In this document: piece by piece, positions 34,623 through 36,066 of the stretch
Numbering within the stretch: the first letter of the stretch is position 1
How the letters are laid out: each line of letters starts with the position of its first letter
DNA from: Ginkgo biloba
Lineage: Eukaryota; Plantae; Ginkgophyta
NCBI GenBank assembly: GCA_024626585.2
Contig: JANKJI020000004.1
Span: forward strand, 167,013,270 to 167,049,335
Direction: 5' to 3'
DNA: 36,066 nt
The notes under the pieces: generated by a model
Seen by the model: the letters and a program-made list of their open reading frames with translations, nothing else
The model's database searches: none
What the model was told of the DNA's origin: nothing
Translations under genes and position numbers: made by a program

Positions 34623-36066
34623 NNNNNNNNNNNNNNNNNNNNNNNNNNNNNNNNNNNNNNNNNNNNNNNNNNNNNNNNNNNNNNNNNNNNNNNNNNNNNN
34701 NNNNNNNNNNNNNNNNNNNNNNATGAAATGTGAAATGATTTCCCACTAAATAAGTTAGTATGATTCTCCTCTTGAAGTTGGGATCACTTGAAGCTCCCTC
34801 ATAGCTATGTTTAAATTATTTTTGGAAGCCTTAATTCCCCCTAAAATAACTATTTTAGATAATTCCCTCAAAAATTTTTTTATATTGCTTCTTAAATTTA
34901 TCCAAAACTTAGAATTTGTATAACGGAAGAAAATTAGAATTAAAAGGAAATCATATTCATAGGAAGCAACCATATTTATAATAGATTACTTGAATTGATT
35001 AAAGCACTAATAAATTGCTCTATGTATAAAATAAAAAGGGTGGAATCTCAATGCACAAATTATAGAGCTATTTATCTCATGAAATAGGACTTAAAAATTA
35101 AAGTACACAAGAATGATTCCTAATACAAGGATCATCTTACATTTGTACATGGATTCACAAACTATTACTTAGTATAGTTTCAAGCTATCGCTCGAAACAT
35201 AAAAATTAGAATCACAAGCTTTCACTTAGTGAAGAAGAACATAAGAAGCCTTTGCTTCTAAAATCTCAACTCCAAAGTATGGAGCCTTTATTTTGAGCTC
35301 TCGAGGTATTTTATTATCTCCAATGGTAACTACTAACTTAGTTATATAAATAATTATTTCAACTTCTTTAAGTTGGCTAACATGGAATTTTTCCATGTGG
35401 CAATTGAGCTGATGTGGTGACTAAAATGGGTTAAAGTTTCTATGGCATGTATTATAACCTTTTTCTAATTTTAGGCACTTATCATATTTTGGGATATTTA
35501 CATAATATTACATTTAAACCTACACCATTGATCTTGCCAAAGCCAATCTCATCTTTATATTGTCTTTGCCACTTTGCATCCTTTTTTCTGTGTCACATCT
35601 TTTTGGTATTTCCTTGTAACTTGAGAAATCTTAATAATAATGTGAATTTGGTGCTACCTAGTGCTTGTCGTGTCACATTAACCATATTAAATCATTTTTC
35701 TATTTTTTCTAAAATTATAACATTCTTTCAATTTGCGAACTTCTTCCCAACTTGGGCACTTTCTTGCGATGGCGAACCTTTAAAATCACTTGGTGCTTAT
35801 CGCTCACTTTGATCATATCACATTGTTTTGCTACTTTTTGAAAATTGGCACATTCTTGTGATTTTAGTAACTTTTTCATGACTTATGCAGAGTCTTCTAA
35901 CCAATACTTTTCTTAGCCAAAATCATAGAAATTCAAGATTATAATTTAAATATAGGTCTTATAGTCAATCTTAGGTAACTATACTTAAACATCTGCTAGG
36001 AGCACTACCCCAAGGACCCCGAAAGTGAACCCTACTTTTTTTTTTTATCTCAAACCTCACCATCAA

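Noticed and set aside
34723-36066. AT-rich region with ORF 35447-35812
   Set aside because: No recognisable domain or termini. Probably LTR or intergenic sequence, but not supportable as a feature.

Overview
Eukaryotic plant nuclear DNA, AT-rich and CpG-depleted, from a gappy draft scaffold with many N runs (several exactly 100 N, so true size and order across gaps are uncertain). The TE motifs look gymnosperm-like, which is an inference. The window is mostly nested, decayed transposable elements with C->T/G->A-type stops. It holds: two chromoviral Ty3/Gypsy pol remnants (RNaseH-integrase-chromodomain at 541-2172 on -, integrase-chromodomain-LTR at 18113-19285 on +); a Ty1/Copia remnant (2273-4346); an Athila-like PBS+gag (10320-11662); two copies of a deleted hAT-like element; long LTR-like repeats; a CRM-like gag-only element; and a Tat/Athila-type RT fragment. 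No intact cellular gene is visible, though 4347-7600 is a gene-like island with candidate exons and a CpG-rich foreign-looking insert. The most notable signal is a set of RT/RNaseH/integrase-less LTR elements whose single reading frame still ends in a chromodomain. (i) A Gag-protease-GPY/F-chromodomain family in about three tandem pieces, with a nearly fully fold-back 426-bp LTR (11663-15674, -). (ii) A family with doubled tRNA-Met PBS whose only ORF is an acidic coiled-coil protein ending in a chromodomain-like motif (27705-30650, +; homologue at 19820-20502). All domain calls come from motif recognition in hand translations, not database searches.
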